Assembly (NCBI GenBank): GCA_013619145.1
Contig: JABXKR010000309.1
Location: 2,744 to 66,743 of the forward strand
From: Psychromonas sp.
GTDB taxonomy: Bacteria > Pseudomonadota > Gammaproteobacteria > Enterobacterales > Psychromonadaceae
Reading direction: 5' to 3'
Length of the DNA: 64,000 bases
The position numbers were made by a program, and so were the translations under genes. The notes beneath the pieces are model-generated. The model had not been told where the DNA came from. It did no database searches and saw only the letters and a list, made by a program, of their open reading frames with translations. This document shows positions 30,646-40,467 of the stretch, in pieces; the first letter of the stretch is position 1; each line of letters opens with the position of its first letter.

Positions 30646-30783
30646 ATGTATACTACAGGTGAAAAACCCGGAAAAGGGATATACGTGTGTGAAAAATGTG
30701 GTCAAAAAGTCATACTTGATGACAACAACGATACTTTGCCTCCATGCCCAAAGTGCGGGCATACCGTGTACCGTAAGCAATAA
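30646..30783 (+). CDS. 45-aa zinc-ribbon protein (not in ORF track)
   Basis: AGGAG RBS; MYTTGEKPGKGIYVCEKCGQKVILDDNNDTLPPCPKCGHTVYRKQ with two CxxC. Confidence 0.85.
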   Translation: MYTTGEKPGKGIYVCEKCGQKVILDDNNDTLPPCPKCGHTVYRKQ

Positions 30784-30873
30784 AGAAAAAACCGGGAGCA
30801 AACCTTTCCTTTTTAAAGCAAGAGCCGTGATTTGCTCCATTTATGCTATCTCTATTTCACACAGGATTTAACA

Positions 30874-31362
30874 ATGCCTATTAAGCCGATATCAGAAAAT
30901 TCATGGCCTGAAATATCCAAGATAGAAGAGGAGGCATATACTGAAATCCCACCTGAATCTGCGCCTGTTCTTAAAAGTAAATGGCTTGCTTCGCCCGCAA
31001 CCTGCTCAGTTTATACAGATAACAAAAATGAAATATTAGGCTATCTCCTGTCCCATCCGTGGGAAAATGAAACACCGCCAAAGCTTTACCAAAAAACCGC
31101 TATCAACAATAAAAGCTGTAATCTGTTTTTACATGATCTTGCTGTGTCACGCAGTGCCAGAGGAAAAGGGATCGCTCACTATCTGGTAGAACATCTAATA
31201 AAAGAAGCAAAGAGATTAAACTTCAAAAAAATAGTCTTAGTCGCCGTGCAGGGCTCGGGAGATTTCTGGGCTAAATATGGTTTTAAAGAGATACAGGGCA
31301 GAGAAATTTGTCATAGCTATGGAGATAGCGCAAAGTTAATGAAAATTGAACTGCAGAGATAA
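30874..31362 (+). CDS. GNAT family N-acetyltransferase
   Basis: LFLHDLAVSRSARGKGIA, LVAVQGSGDFWAKYGF; ATG at 30874. Confidence 0.9.
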   Translation: MPIKPISENSWPEISKIEEEAYTEIPPESAPVLKSKWLASPATCSVYTDNKNEILGYLLSHPWENETPPKLYQKTAINNKSCNLFLHDLAVSRSARGKGIAHYLVEHLIKEAKRLNFKKIVLVAVQGSGDFWAKYGFKEIQGREICHSYGDSAKLMKIELQR

Positions 31363-31569
31363 CAGAGCCCTTCCTGTGCGCAAAACAAACAGCAAATATC
31401 CAACCTAGCTCAATAAAAGTAACCACTGTTCAATTTACAGATTGTGCTTTTGATGGGGTTATATAGAGTAGGGAAAATCTTTTTTATATTTTCGAAAAGA
31501 TAAAAGAGAATAGACTTATTTTGCTGTTTTAAGCGTTATAAATAGATAATGAAATTTTAGGAATGATTC

Positions 31570-31806
31570 ATGAAAAAGAAAGATAATATGCCAATGTGGG
31601 CACACTGGGCTCTGTTGGGAATAAATTCACGAAAAGTGGCGATGATATTTTTTGTTGCTTCATTGGTTTTGTCATTGATTGCTATCGCCGTGGGCATAAT
31701 AATCGAAGATTATTCCCTCGCTACACTTTTATTCGTGCCTTTATGGTACTGGATATCCATTAAATGGGTCGATGCCTATTCATCATGGCCAGTAGCTGAA
31801 AGTTGA
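31570..31806 (+). CDS. Small membrane protein, probable cassette gene
   Basis: Two hydrophobic segments; GTTATAA at 31535 and TGATAAC at 31804. Confidence 0.7.
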   Translation: MKKKDNMPMWAHWALLGINSRKVAMIFFVASLVLSLIAIAVGIIIEDYSLATLLFVPLWYWISIKWVDAYSSWPVAES

Positions 31807-31881
31807 TAACAACAGCCGGAACAAGTCTTGTTTTTTGCCTTTTAAAGCAAAATCAAGACTTGCCCTTTTATTGCTTTATAA
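31804..31881 (+). mobile_element. Degenerate attC-like site
   Basis: TGATAAC at the stop, hairpin CAAGTCTTG..TTTTGC / GCAAAA..CAAGACTTG, closing TTTATAA instead of GTTRRRY. Confidence 0.4.
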
Positions 31882-31912
31882 ACATTAACAGATAAAGCAA
31901 CAGGATGCTTTT

Positions 31913-32536
31913 GTGATCAAACTAGAAGAGAAATTTGTCCGTTTTATTGAAGCGGAAATGCAGTCCGATCCTGCTCATGATTTAAATCATATTTTAAGGG
32001 TTACTAAAACCGCTAAATCATTATGCCTCGCTGAAAATGCGCTTCCCGAAATTGTTATCCCTGCAGCCTGGCTCCATGACTGTTACTGCGTCGCTAAAAA
32101 CCATCCCGATAGAGATGCCAGCTCAAAAATGGCAGCAGATAAAGCAATCCGTTTTTTAGCTGCAATTAACTATCCCAGTAAATATTTTGATGCCATTCAT
32201 CATGCGATTGTTGCGCACAGCTTTAGTGCCAATATTACGCCCAAGACAATAGAAGCTAAAATCGTTCAGGATGCGGACAGATTAGACGCGCTTGGAGCAA
32301 TAGGCATTGCGCGCTGTATTCAGGTCAGCAGCAGTTTAAATCGTGAACTTTACTCGGCATCAGATGCTTTTTGTTCATCACGCGTTCCGGATGATCAAAC
32401 TTATACTGTTGATCATTTTTACAAAAAATTACTGTTAATTGGTGATTCTATGAATACGGAGTCGGCAACAGCAGAGGCCCAAAAAAGGACAGATTTTATG
32501 CGCTCTTTTCTCAAGCAATTAGGCCATGAAATTTAA
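31913..32536 (+). CDS. HD-domain phosphohydrolase (YedJ-like)
   Basis: AHDLNHILRV, AWLHD, VQDADRLDALGAIGIAR, DHFYKKLL. Confidence 0.9.
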   Translation: MIKLEEKFVRFIEAEMQSDPAHDLNHILRVTKTAKSLCLAENALPEIVIPAAWLHDCYCVAKNHPDRDASSKMAADKAIRFLAAINYPSKYFDAIHHAIVAHSFSANITPKTIEAKIVQDADRLDALGAIGIARCIQVSSSLNRELYSASDAFCSSRVPDDQTYTVDHFYKKLLLIGDSMNTESATAEAQKRTDFMRSFLKQLGHEI

Positions 32537-32557
32537 CAGAGCGCCCAGCCTGTATTA

Positions 32558-33304
32558 TTAAATCTTAATTTTAGAAAATTCAAAGAGCTGTTCAGCTAGC
32601 GCATAAACTTCGATATGATCTTTTTTAAACTCGCAGATGGTCAAATGCGGACTGGGTCTTCTTGCACTTGGCAGATGGCCGCAACCAGTATCAATAAATA
32701 ACTGTCTGCCTTTTAGTAACGGTTTGCTTAAAGGTGTGTGCCCGGAAACAATAAAATCAATACCTGCAATCGGGTGTTGATTGCCATTGCTTACACAGTC
32801 TCTACTCCAAAGTAACTCATAAAGAATATCGCTGTTGATATCAGATTCATTGATCGGCCACTGATTAAGTGGATATTGAGCATGAACAACACCAATTTTC
32901 CCAGCTAAAGTATCAACCGTTAAAGTAAGGGAATACTCTTTCTCAACAATTTTTTTAGCCAGCTGCTTTTCCTGAAGATGTAAATCTTCCCACCAGGAAC
33001 CGCCATTTTGATACCAGGAAATTTTTTTATAGATATTGCCGTTTTCAGACTCCCTTAAAAACTGCTCATGATTACCAATAACAGGAATAAGCCAATTTTC
33101 TTTTGCCAGAAGAAGACAATTAAAAGAGCCTTCACCCCGGTCAATAAGGTCCCCAACAGAGAATAATCGATCGGCATTAAAATCAAAGTTGATCTGCTTC
33201 AGAGCCTGCATCAGCAGTGCATACTTTCCGTGTATATCACCGATAAAAAAATCGCGCCCATTGCTGTTTTGCGCATAATAACGATGAGCAGATAATGTAA
33301 TCAA
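32558..33304 (-). CDS. Metallophosphoesterase (PphA-like Ser/Thr phosphatase)
   Basis: GDIHG, VGDLIDRG, GNHE, SGHTP, IDTG. Confidence 0.9.
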   Translation of the reverse strand: MITLSAHRYYAQNSNGRDFFIGDIHGKYALLMQALKQINFDFNADRLFSVGDLIDRGEGSFNCLLLAKENWLIPVIGNHEQFLRESENGNIYKKISWYQNGGSWWEDLHLQEKQLAKKIVEKEYSLTLTVDTLAGKIGVVHAQYPLNQWPINESDINSDILYELLWSRDCVSNGNQHPIAGIDFIVSGHTPLSKPLLKGRQLFIDTGCGHLPSARRPSPHLTICEFKKDHIEVYALAEQLFEFSKIKI

Positions 33305-33429
33305 AATTGGCCTCTCATAATTTACCCTTTCATTTTTCAGCCATCACTGATGACTTTAGCAATACTCTTTACTTATAGACAGCAAACCAGCACGTTTGCC
33401 TTAAACCGTTATCCACGCCGCTATTTTTC

Positions 33430-33683
33430 GTAACTACTCAGCACCTCAATAATTTAAGGTGTTTTTATCAAATAAGACAGTAAATGCTCAGGGCTAAGCC
33501 ATTTATGCTGAGCTCAAGGCGAAAAAGCGCAGTTTAGTCGTTTAAATGAGCATTTTCCAACGCGGACAAATATGTATGGAACATATTTGAATGGCTTTAG
33601 CCAGTTGCGTAGCAATGAAGTACACGGATGTACTTCATAAATAAGCTTAAATGGCATTAAATGGCAACGACCTGAGTAGTTAT
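33430..33683. mobile_element. 254-bp MITE with GTAACTACTCAG termini
   Basis: TIRs GTAACTACTCAG and CTGAGTAGTTAT; internal hairpins; short derivative at 17254. Confidence 0.78.
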
Positions 33684-33778
33684 CATGATTTTATTCAACT
33701 GTTACGCCCTTTTTACGCCATTAACGTCTATAAGAATAATAGGTTATTAAAAAAATTATCCTTGCAGGGAAATTTAGG

Positions 33779-35602
33779 ATGGCAGAAAACAGTTCATTTA
33801 ATACGGACACCATAAGTAAAGAGCGAAGCCAATGGAAGACGCTTAAAACATTGGGCGGTTATATTTGGCCTAAAAATAGAGCCGATCTGAAAACACGAGT
33901 TCTGCTGGCGCTGGCAAGTTTAGCACTGGCTAAAGTGGTTAATGTCTATGTTCCATTTTTATATAAAATGGCCGTGGATGCGTTAACGTTATCTCCTGAA
34001 TCATTAGATAATGCGCTTGTGGTCTTGCCTCTGGGAATTATTGTCGCCTATGGATTTGCGCGAATTCTTCATCAGTTTTTTGGAGAAGTTCGCGACTTTA
34101 TTTTTGTTAAAGTTTCTCAACATGCCCAGCATATGATTGCGTTAAATACCTTTAAACATCTTCACGCATTATCTTTAAGCTTTCATTTAGACAGGCAAAC
34201 TGGCGGACTCTCACGGGTGATAGAGCGCGGAACGCATGGGCTGCAGTTTCTGCTCACCTTTATACTTTTTAATATTATTCCTACCCTGCTTGAAATTGTG
34301 ATGGTTACCGTAGTGCTTTTTTATACCTTTGATATTCGCTTTGCCGCCGTCACCTTTATTACCATTGTCGGCTATATTGCCTATACGCTGTGGATCACAG
34401 AGTGGAGAATGAAATACAGACGGCAAATGAATGACACAGATTCAGATGCGAACAGCAAAGCCATTGACAGCCTTTTAAATTATGAAACGGTTAAATATTT
34501 CGGCAATGAAACGCATGAATATAAACGCTTTGATCAGGCCTTAGCAAGTTATGAAATTGCAGCGATAAAAAGCCAGAACAGTCTGTCGGTGCTGAATGTA
34601 GGGCAAGGGCTGATCATCGGCTTGGGCTTGATTATTATTATGGCAATGGCCGGCAATGGCGTGGTAACAGGAGAGCTTACTATCGGTGATTTTGTTCTGG
34701 TTAATACCTTTATGATTCAACTTTATCTGCCGCTCAATTTTTTGGGATTTGTCTATAGGGAAATTAAGCGCAGTCTGATTGATATGGATAAGATGTTTGA
34801 GTTGTTAGAGATCAATGCTGAAATTCAAGATCTGCCTGACGCAAAGTGCTTATCGGTGCAGCATGGACAGGTTGAATTTGAAAATGTCAGTTTTTCATAC
34901 AATATACAGCGCAGTATTTTACAGCATATCAGCTTTAAAATAGAGCCGGGAAAAACAACAGCCATTGTCGGGCCGAGCGGTTCAGGGAAATCGACCATTT
35001 CTAAACTGCTGTTTCGTTTTTATGATGTAAGCGCCGGAAAAATCAAAATAGACGGACAAAATATCCGCCAAGTAAGCCAGCAATCATTACGCGCCGCAAT
35101 CGGTGTCGTTCCTCAGGATACGGTTCTGTTTAATGACAGTATTATTTACAACATCCAATATGGCCGTCCGGACGCTGCAGCAGAAGAGATCCACCAGGCG
35201 GCAAAACTCGCCAAGATCCATGATTTTATCCTGAAACTACCCTGCGGTTATAAGACAACGGTAGGAGAGCGCGGGCTAAAACTATCCGGTGGTGAAAAAC
35301 AAAGAGTCGCCATTGCCAGAACCATTCTTAAAGATCCTGAAATTCTGCTTTTTGATGAAGCAACTTCAGCTTTGGATTCCCATACGGAAAAAGAGATTCA
35401 AAGCTCATTAACAGCAATCTCCGAAAATAAAACCACGCTTATTATTGCCCACCGTTTATCTACAATTGTTGATGCCGATGAAATTCTGGTGCTCAAAGAG
35501 GGCAGAATTATTGAAAGAGGAACCCATAATCAACTTATTAAGCAAAACAGTGAATATGCATCGATGTGGGCGCTGCAGCAGAAAAACCAAGATACGCCCT
35601 GA
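33779..35602 (+). CDS. ATM1/ABCB7-like ABC transporter (fused permease and ATPase)
   Basis: FHLDRQTGGLSR, DSLLNYETVKYF, GPSGSGKST, LSGGEKQR. Confidence 0.93.
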   Translation: MAENSSFNTDTISKERSQWKTLKTLGGYIWPKNRADLKTRVLLALASLALAKVVNVYVPFLYKMAVDALTLSPESLDNALVVLPLGIIVAYGFARILHQFFGEVRDFIFVKVSQHAQHMIALNTFKHLHALSLSFHLDRQTGGLSRVIERGTHGLQFLLTFILFNIIPTLLEIVMVTVVLFYTFDIRFAAVTFITIVGYIAYTLWITEWRMKYRRQMNDTDSDANSKAIDSLLNYETVKYFGNETHEYKRFDQALASYEIAAIKSQNSLSVLNVGQGLIIGLGLIIIMAMAGNGVVTGELTIGDFVLVNTFMIQLYLPLNFLGFVYREIKRSLIDMDKMFELLEINAEIQDLPDAKCLSVQHGQVEFENVSFSYNIQRSILQHISFKIEPGKTTAIVGPSGSGKSTISKLLFRFYDVSAGKIKIDGQNIRQVSQQSLRAAIGVVPQDTVLFNDSIIYNIQYGRPDAAAEEIHQAAKLAKIHDFILKLPCGYKTTVGERGLKLSGGEKQRVAIARTILKDPEILLFDEATSALDSHTEKEIQSSLTAISENKTTLIIAHRLSTIVDADEILVLKEGRIIERGTHNQLIKQNSEYASMWALQQKNQDTP

Positions 35603-35804
35603 ATCAACCAGGGCTGCTCCTCTCTCTTGATAGGTAAAATATTGGAATAGCGCGCGATACTTGCCGTTATCAGTAAAAACAGCAGCTTAAAAAATGATTG
35701 CAATCGTTGCAGCAAGAAAGCTTAATAGAGCTTTTAAAACACTTGTTTAATCCATTGGATTAGAAAAAACAGCAGAGCAGCATGCTGGCACGCGAGGCGA
35801 TTAC

Positions 35805-36758
35805 ATGAGTCATAACTTAAAAGTGGTCACAGTGACCTTAAATCCGGCCTTAGATCTGACCGGCTCACTGAACGAATTAGTAAAAGGCACGGTCAATTTA
35901 CTCGACTCAGGCAGTCTGCACCCTGCCGGTAAAGGTATTAATGTTGCCAAGGTACTTTCTGAACTTGGCGCACAAGTGACAGTCACAGGTTTGCTTGGCA
36001 TTGATAATCAACAAGCTTTTGTGCAGTTATTTGATTCATTAAATGTTAGCGACCGATTTGTTCGTGTCGAAGGTGCAACACGAATCAATGTCAAAATAGT
36101 CGAAAAATCAGGACAGGTCAGCGATCTTAACTTCCCCGGTGTCACTGTTACTGAGCAACAATTGCAGCAATTTGAAATGACCTTAGCAGAACTTGCACAG
36201 TCGCATGAAATTTTCGTGATTGCCGGTAGTCTGCCGCAGGGGCTGGATCCGGCACGTTGTGCCAAGTGGATAGAAAAACTGCAAAAAGCCGGTAAAAAAG
36301 TATTTTTTGACAGCAGTAATGGGGCCTTAATTGCCGGTGTTGCAGCAAATCCTTACCTGATTAAACCTAATGATCAAGAACTCAGTGTATTAACTGATCA
36401 AAAGCTTACTAACAGTAACGAAATCAAAAAGGCTGCACAGAAATTACAGCAGCAAGGTTGTGAAAATGTGGTGATATCGCTGGGTGAAGAAGGCGCTCTT
36501 TGGTTTGATCAAGCGGGCTGGATACAATCGCAACCACCAAAAATGAGCGTAGTGAGTACCGTTGGCGCTGGTGACAGCTTAGTGGCAGGGCTGTGCTGGG
36601 GTGAGCTAAAGCAATGGCATAAAAGCCAAACATTAGCTTTTGCGACCGCATTATCCGCGCTGGCAGTCAGCCAAATTGGCGTCGGTGTTGCAGAGATAGA
36701 GCAGGTGTTAACAGTGCAGAAACAGGTGCAAATCAACGCGCAGGATAACGACAGCTAA
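35805..36758 (+). CDS. fruK: 1-phosphofructokinase
   Basis: TVTLNPALD, HPAGKGINVA, IKPN, STVGAGDS. Confidence 0.9.
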   Translation: MSHNLKVVTVTLNPALDLTGSLNELVKGTVNLLDSGSLHPAGKGINVAKVLSELGAQVTVTGLLGIDNQQAFVQLFDSLNVSDRFVRVEGATRINVKIVEKSGQVSDLNFPGVTVTEQQLQQFEMTLAELAQSHEIFVIAGSLPQGLDPARCAKWIEKLQKAGKKVFFDSSNGALIAGVAANPYLIKPNDQELSVLTDQKLTNSNEIKKAAQKLQQQGCENVVISLGEEGALWFDQAGWIQSQPPKMSVVSTVGAGDSLVAGLCWGELKQWHKSQTLAFATALSALAVSQIGVGVAEIEQVLTVQKQVQINAQDNDS

Positions 36759-36772
36759 TCGGCAGCGCATAA

Positions 36773-38557
36773 TTAAAAATCGCCCAAAAGCACGAACAGC
36801 TCAAGCAGCGCAACGGCAAAAAACAACAATGCCAGTGACTGCCAGAATCGAACGGGATTGCGTTCAATTAATGAAAACTGCTCTCTCTCTTTAAGCAGAG
36901 TTTTATTCGGGGTAAAAAGATCCGTTATAAATTCACTCATTGCGCCATAACGTTTTTGCGCAACAGGATCGCTCGCTTTTCTTAATGCCGCATCAAGCCA
37001 GTCAGGAATATCTGCGCGAAACTGTTTTATTGGACGATATTTCCACTGGTTAAGCCTTGCCCGGCTCAATGAACTGTTATTTGATTGATAAGGTAGCTCA
37101 CCGCAAAGCAGCTCGTAGCTTATCAGCGCAATAGAAAACAGATCCGATAAAAAGCTCGTTTGCCCGCCATTTAAATACTCTGGTGCAATATAATCCACAG
37201 CACCTAAAGGTTCCTCGGCGCTTGGTGCGGGTGATATTTCATCTAATCCGTCAATTTTTACCGTGCCAAAATCAATAATGGTGATCTCTTTATTTTCTGA
37301 AAGCATAATATTTTCCGGTTTCAGATCGCGGTGCACCATGCCTGAGCGCTGCAGGACACGCACCGCACTGACTATATTTTTAATAATCTCCCGGGCATCT
37401 TCTAATGATGGTTTGGGATTATCATAGATCCACTGGCGCAGCGTGATCCCTTCAATATACTCGCAAATATGATACAAAAAAGGTGAGCTTTCTGACTTGG
37501 GGAAAATAGTCATAATATTCGGATGTTTTAATTTCTGACCTACCCATTGCTCTTTTGCAAAGCCATCAAGGTAAACAAGATCATTTACAAAGTTCAGAGA
37601 AGGTATTTTTAATATACGCTGTTTCTGACTGCTTTTTTCTCTGGCCAGATAAACATGGCTGCGCGTGCCCTGATGCACCACTCGCTCTATTTTAAAATTA
37701 TCAATTTCATTATCTGTCCGCATCGCTGGCGGAATAATTAAACTGGTTAGCCTTTTAAACAGTTCATTAATATCTGAGATCGGCAGGTTTTGAACCTTAA
37801 GCAATAAACAGCTTAAATTATCACTGCTGCCTTTATTAAGCGCATCTTTACTGATGGTTTCTGCCAATTGCTCAAACTCAGTTGCTGTTGAGTTCTCTTG
37901 TTTAATGCTGTCAAGGTGAGCTGTTAATACCTGCCTGGACAGGTAATCATGAATACCGTCGCTGGAGAGCAGGAAAATATCCCCCACTCGCACTGCCGTG
38001 CTTTGAAAATCTATCTCCAAATGAGAGTCCATTCCCAACGCGCGGGTCAGAAAACTGTTTTTGCCATATGCACAGCGCGCATGATCTTTGGTAAGCTGTT
38101 TCAGGCAGCCATCGCGATAACGATAAATACGTGTATCGCCAACATGAAAAATATGCGCAGTGGTTGATTTAAAAACCATGGCGCTAAAGGTGGTAATTAA
38201 GCCGTTATGGCGCAGCTCATCTTTACTGCTATGCTGATAAAGCCAGGAGTTGAGCGAGTTTAAAACTTTACTCGCAGAGAGTTTGACACTCCAACTTTCA
38301 CAAGTGCCGTAATAGTCATGGATAAACTGGGTGACACTGGTATGACTGGCTTGTTGACCATTACTGCTGCAACTTACTCCGTCAGCTATACTGGCGACAA
38401 TCCCTTTATACTTTTTTTCTGAATGTGATGTCGGCACTTTTACTGCAAAAGCGTCCTGGTTTGCCTCCCGCCTGCCAGCATCAGAATATCCCCCGATGCA
38501 CAGTTCAAGCTGAGAATTTTGTTTGTTATTAACACTCATCACATTCAGATCTTTCAT
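36773..38557 (-). CDS. Bifunctional PP2C phosphatase / Ser-Thr kinase
   Basis: NQDA, ADGVS, HVGDTR, SSDG, DNLS; HRDLKPEN, DFG, YIAPE; C-terminal TM. Confidence 0.92.
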   Translation of the reverse strand: MKDLNVMSVNNKQNSQLELCIGGYSDAGRREANQDAFAVKVPTSHSEKKYKGIVASIADGVSCSSNGQQASHTSVTQFIHDYYGTCESWSVKLSASKVLNSLNSWLYQHSSKDELRHNGLITTFSAMVFKSTTAHIFHVGDTRIYRYRDGCLKQLTKDHARCAYGKNSFLTRALGMDSHLEIDFQSTAVRVGDIFLLSSDGIHDYLSRQVLTAHLDSIKQENSTATEFEQLAETISKDALNKGSSDNLSCLLLKVQNLPISDINELFKRLTSLIIPPAMRTDNEIDNFKIERVVHQGTRSHVYLAREKSSQKQRILKIPSLNFVNDLVYLDGFAKEQWVGQKLKHPNIMTIFPKSESSPFLYHICEYIEGITLRQWIYDNPKPSLEDAREIIKNIVSAVRVLQRSGMVHRDLKPENIMLSENKEITIIDFGTVKIDGLDEISPAPSAEEPLGAVDYIAPEYLNGGQTSFLSDLFSIALISYELLCGELPYQSNNSSLSRARLNQWKYRPIKQFRADIPDWLDAALRKASDPVAQKRYGAMSEFITDLFTPNKTLLKEREQFSLIERNPVRFWQSLALLFFAVALLELFVLLGDF

Positions 38558-38565
38558 ATCAACTC

Positions 38566-40038
38566 TTAGTGGCTACCCACATCAATCATTGTCACGCTGC
38601 CGTCCTGATTGAGTTCAGCTATCTGCCCTTGAGGTTCAACCATAAAGACTAGTGTAACCAGGCCGACAAATGCCGTGACTGCGATCACATAGAAAAAGGT
38701 TTGATAATCAACAAAGGATAAAACAGTTAAATAAACAACCGCACCGACATTTCCGTATGCACCGGTCATACCCGCTATCTGCCCTGTCATGCGGCGTTTA
38801 ATTAAAGGCACGGTAGCAAATACGGCACCTTCACCCGCCTGCACAAAGAAAGAACATAACATAGCCGCAGCAACAGCAACCCACAGTGTCCACTCGCCCG
38901 TTATTTGCGCCATCAGCAGGTAACCAAGCGCAAGACCGGCAGTAAGGATAATAAGCGTAGATTTACGGCCAAACTTATCTGAAATCCAGCCGCCACCGGG
39001 ACGGGAAACTAAGTTCATAAATGCGTAGGCAGATGCAACCATACCGGCAACCACAGGTGTTAGTTCAAAGGTATCCAAGAAAAATAACGGCAACATGGAA
39101 ACAACCGCTAATTCCGAACCAAAGGTGGCAAAATAGAGGATATTTAAGACCGCAACTTGCTTGAATTTATATTGATGTATTTCAGGTACAGGTGTGCTAA
39201 AAATTGATTTATTTACTTTCCAAACCTGTGACCACTCATATAAATACAGCGTAAATAGGCCGCCATAAATGGAATAAGTGATATTGGCTGAAATCATATC
39301 GATATTTGCCGGTGATAATTTCCATGCAAGCAGAGCAAGTGCGGCATACATTGGCACTTTCATTACTAACAGCAGAAAGAAATCGCCTTTAGAGGTTACT
39401 TCCATTGCCGTTAAATTTTCCGGTTTAAAATAGGTGGAACCTTTTGGTGTATCGCGAATATTTGCATAAAAGATAAATGCGAATATCAGGCTGATTAATC
39501 CTGTCACAGCCATCGCATAACGCCAGCCATCTTCACCACCAAACATCAATGCAACAGTAGGCAGGGTAAAGGCTACAGCTGCACTGCCGAAATTCCCCCA
39601 ACCGCCATAGATGCCTTCAGCCGTACCTAACTCATTATGCGGAAACCATTCTGAAACCAGACGGATACCGATAACAAAGCCAGCACCAATAAAGCCCAGA
39701 GCAAAACGTGCAATAGCAGCTTGTATAAAGGTCTCTGACATGGCAAAGGCAAAACAGGGAATGGCACAGATAGCCAGTAGCGCGGAGTAAACAACTCTTG
39801 GTCCGTATTTATCTGTTAACGAACCAATAATAACCCGTGCTGGTATGGTGATCGCCACATTAAGTATTAGCAGTGTTTTAATTTCTTCAGTGGTTAAGCC
39901 TAAGCTCTCTTTTACTGCATGCAGTAATGGGGCAAAGTTAAACCATACGGCAAAAGTGATAAAAAATGCCATCCAGCTTAAATGCAGCGTTTTCATCTTG
40001 CCCTGAAAAGATAAAATATTAAATGAACTTTTACTCAT
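38566..40038 (-). CDS. narK: NarK/NasA family nitrate MFS transporter
   Basis: HLSWMAFFITF, GIYGGWGNFG, TFGSELA; start MSKSS at 40038. Confidence 0.9.
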   Translation of the reverse strand: MSKSSFNILSFQGKMKTLHLSWMAFFITFAVWFNFAPLLHAVKESLGLTTEEIKTLLILNVAITIPARVIIGSLTDKYGPRVVYSALLAICAIPCFAFAMSETFIQAAIARFALGFIGAGFVIGIRLVSEWFPHNELGTAEGIYGGWGNFGSAAVAFTLPTVALMFGGEDGWRYAMAVTGLISLIFAFIFYANIRDTPKGSTYFKPENLTAMEVTSKGDFFLLLVMKVPMYAALALLAWKLSPANIDMISANITYSIYGGLFTLYLYEWSQVWKVNKSIFSTPVPEIHQYKFKQVAVLNILYFATFGSELAVVSMLPLFFLDTFELTPVVAGMVASAYAFMNLVSRPGGGWISDKFGRKSTLIILTAGLALGYLLMAQITGEWTLWVAVAAAMLCSFFVQAGEGAVFATVPLIKRRMTGQIAGMTGAYGNVGAVVYLTVLSFVDYQTFFYVIAVTAFVGLVTLVFMVEPQGQIAELNQDGSVTMIDVGSH

Positions 40039-40107
40039 ATTGAGATCCTTTAAAAATATAAAAACAGCCCTCACAAAAAGGGCTCTTTATTTGTTTTAAA
40101 CTGGTGA

Positions 40108-40455
40108 TTAACAGGCTTCTTTAAGTTGAATCAGCTCATCATCCACCCGAACTGCATAGGTTTTCAATGAATGCTCCGGCGACTCTAAACACTCGCCGGT
40201 GATTAAATCAAAGTGCTGTTTATACAGAGGTGAAGATACATAAGTTTTCCCCTGTATTGACCCCATAATGCCGCGCGAAATAACGTTTGCCTGACCAATC
40301 GGATCAAAATTTGCAACGGCATATAAGCTCTTATTACGTTGACAGAAAAAGATAGCCACTTGCTCCTTATTAAACTGCACGCAAGTTCCCGCATTTGGGG
40401 TGAGATCTTGTTGTTCACAGATAGTTATCCATTCTTGGCTTAATTCAGCTTTCAT
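40108..40455 (-). CDS. nirD: Nitrite reductase small subunit
   Basis: NFDPIGQANVISRG, SPLYKQHFDLITGECL. Confidence 0.95.
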   Translation of the reverse strand: MKAELSQEWITICEQQDLTPNAGTCVQFNKEQVAIFFCQRNKSLYAVANFDPIGQANVISRGIMGSIQGKTYVSSPLYKQHFDLITGECLESPEHSLKTYAVRVDDELIQLKEAC

Positions 40456-40467
40456 TTTATTCTCCCT

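Noticed and set aside
30659-30871. 70-aa ORF from the track
   Set aside because: Alternative frame overlapping the better-supported 45-aa zinc-ribbon ORF
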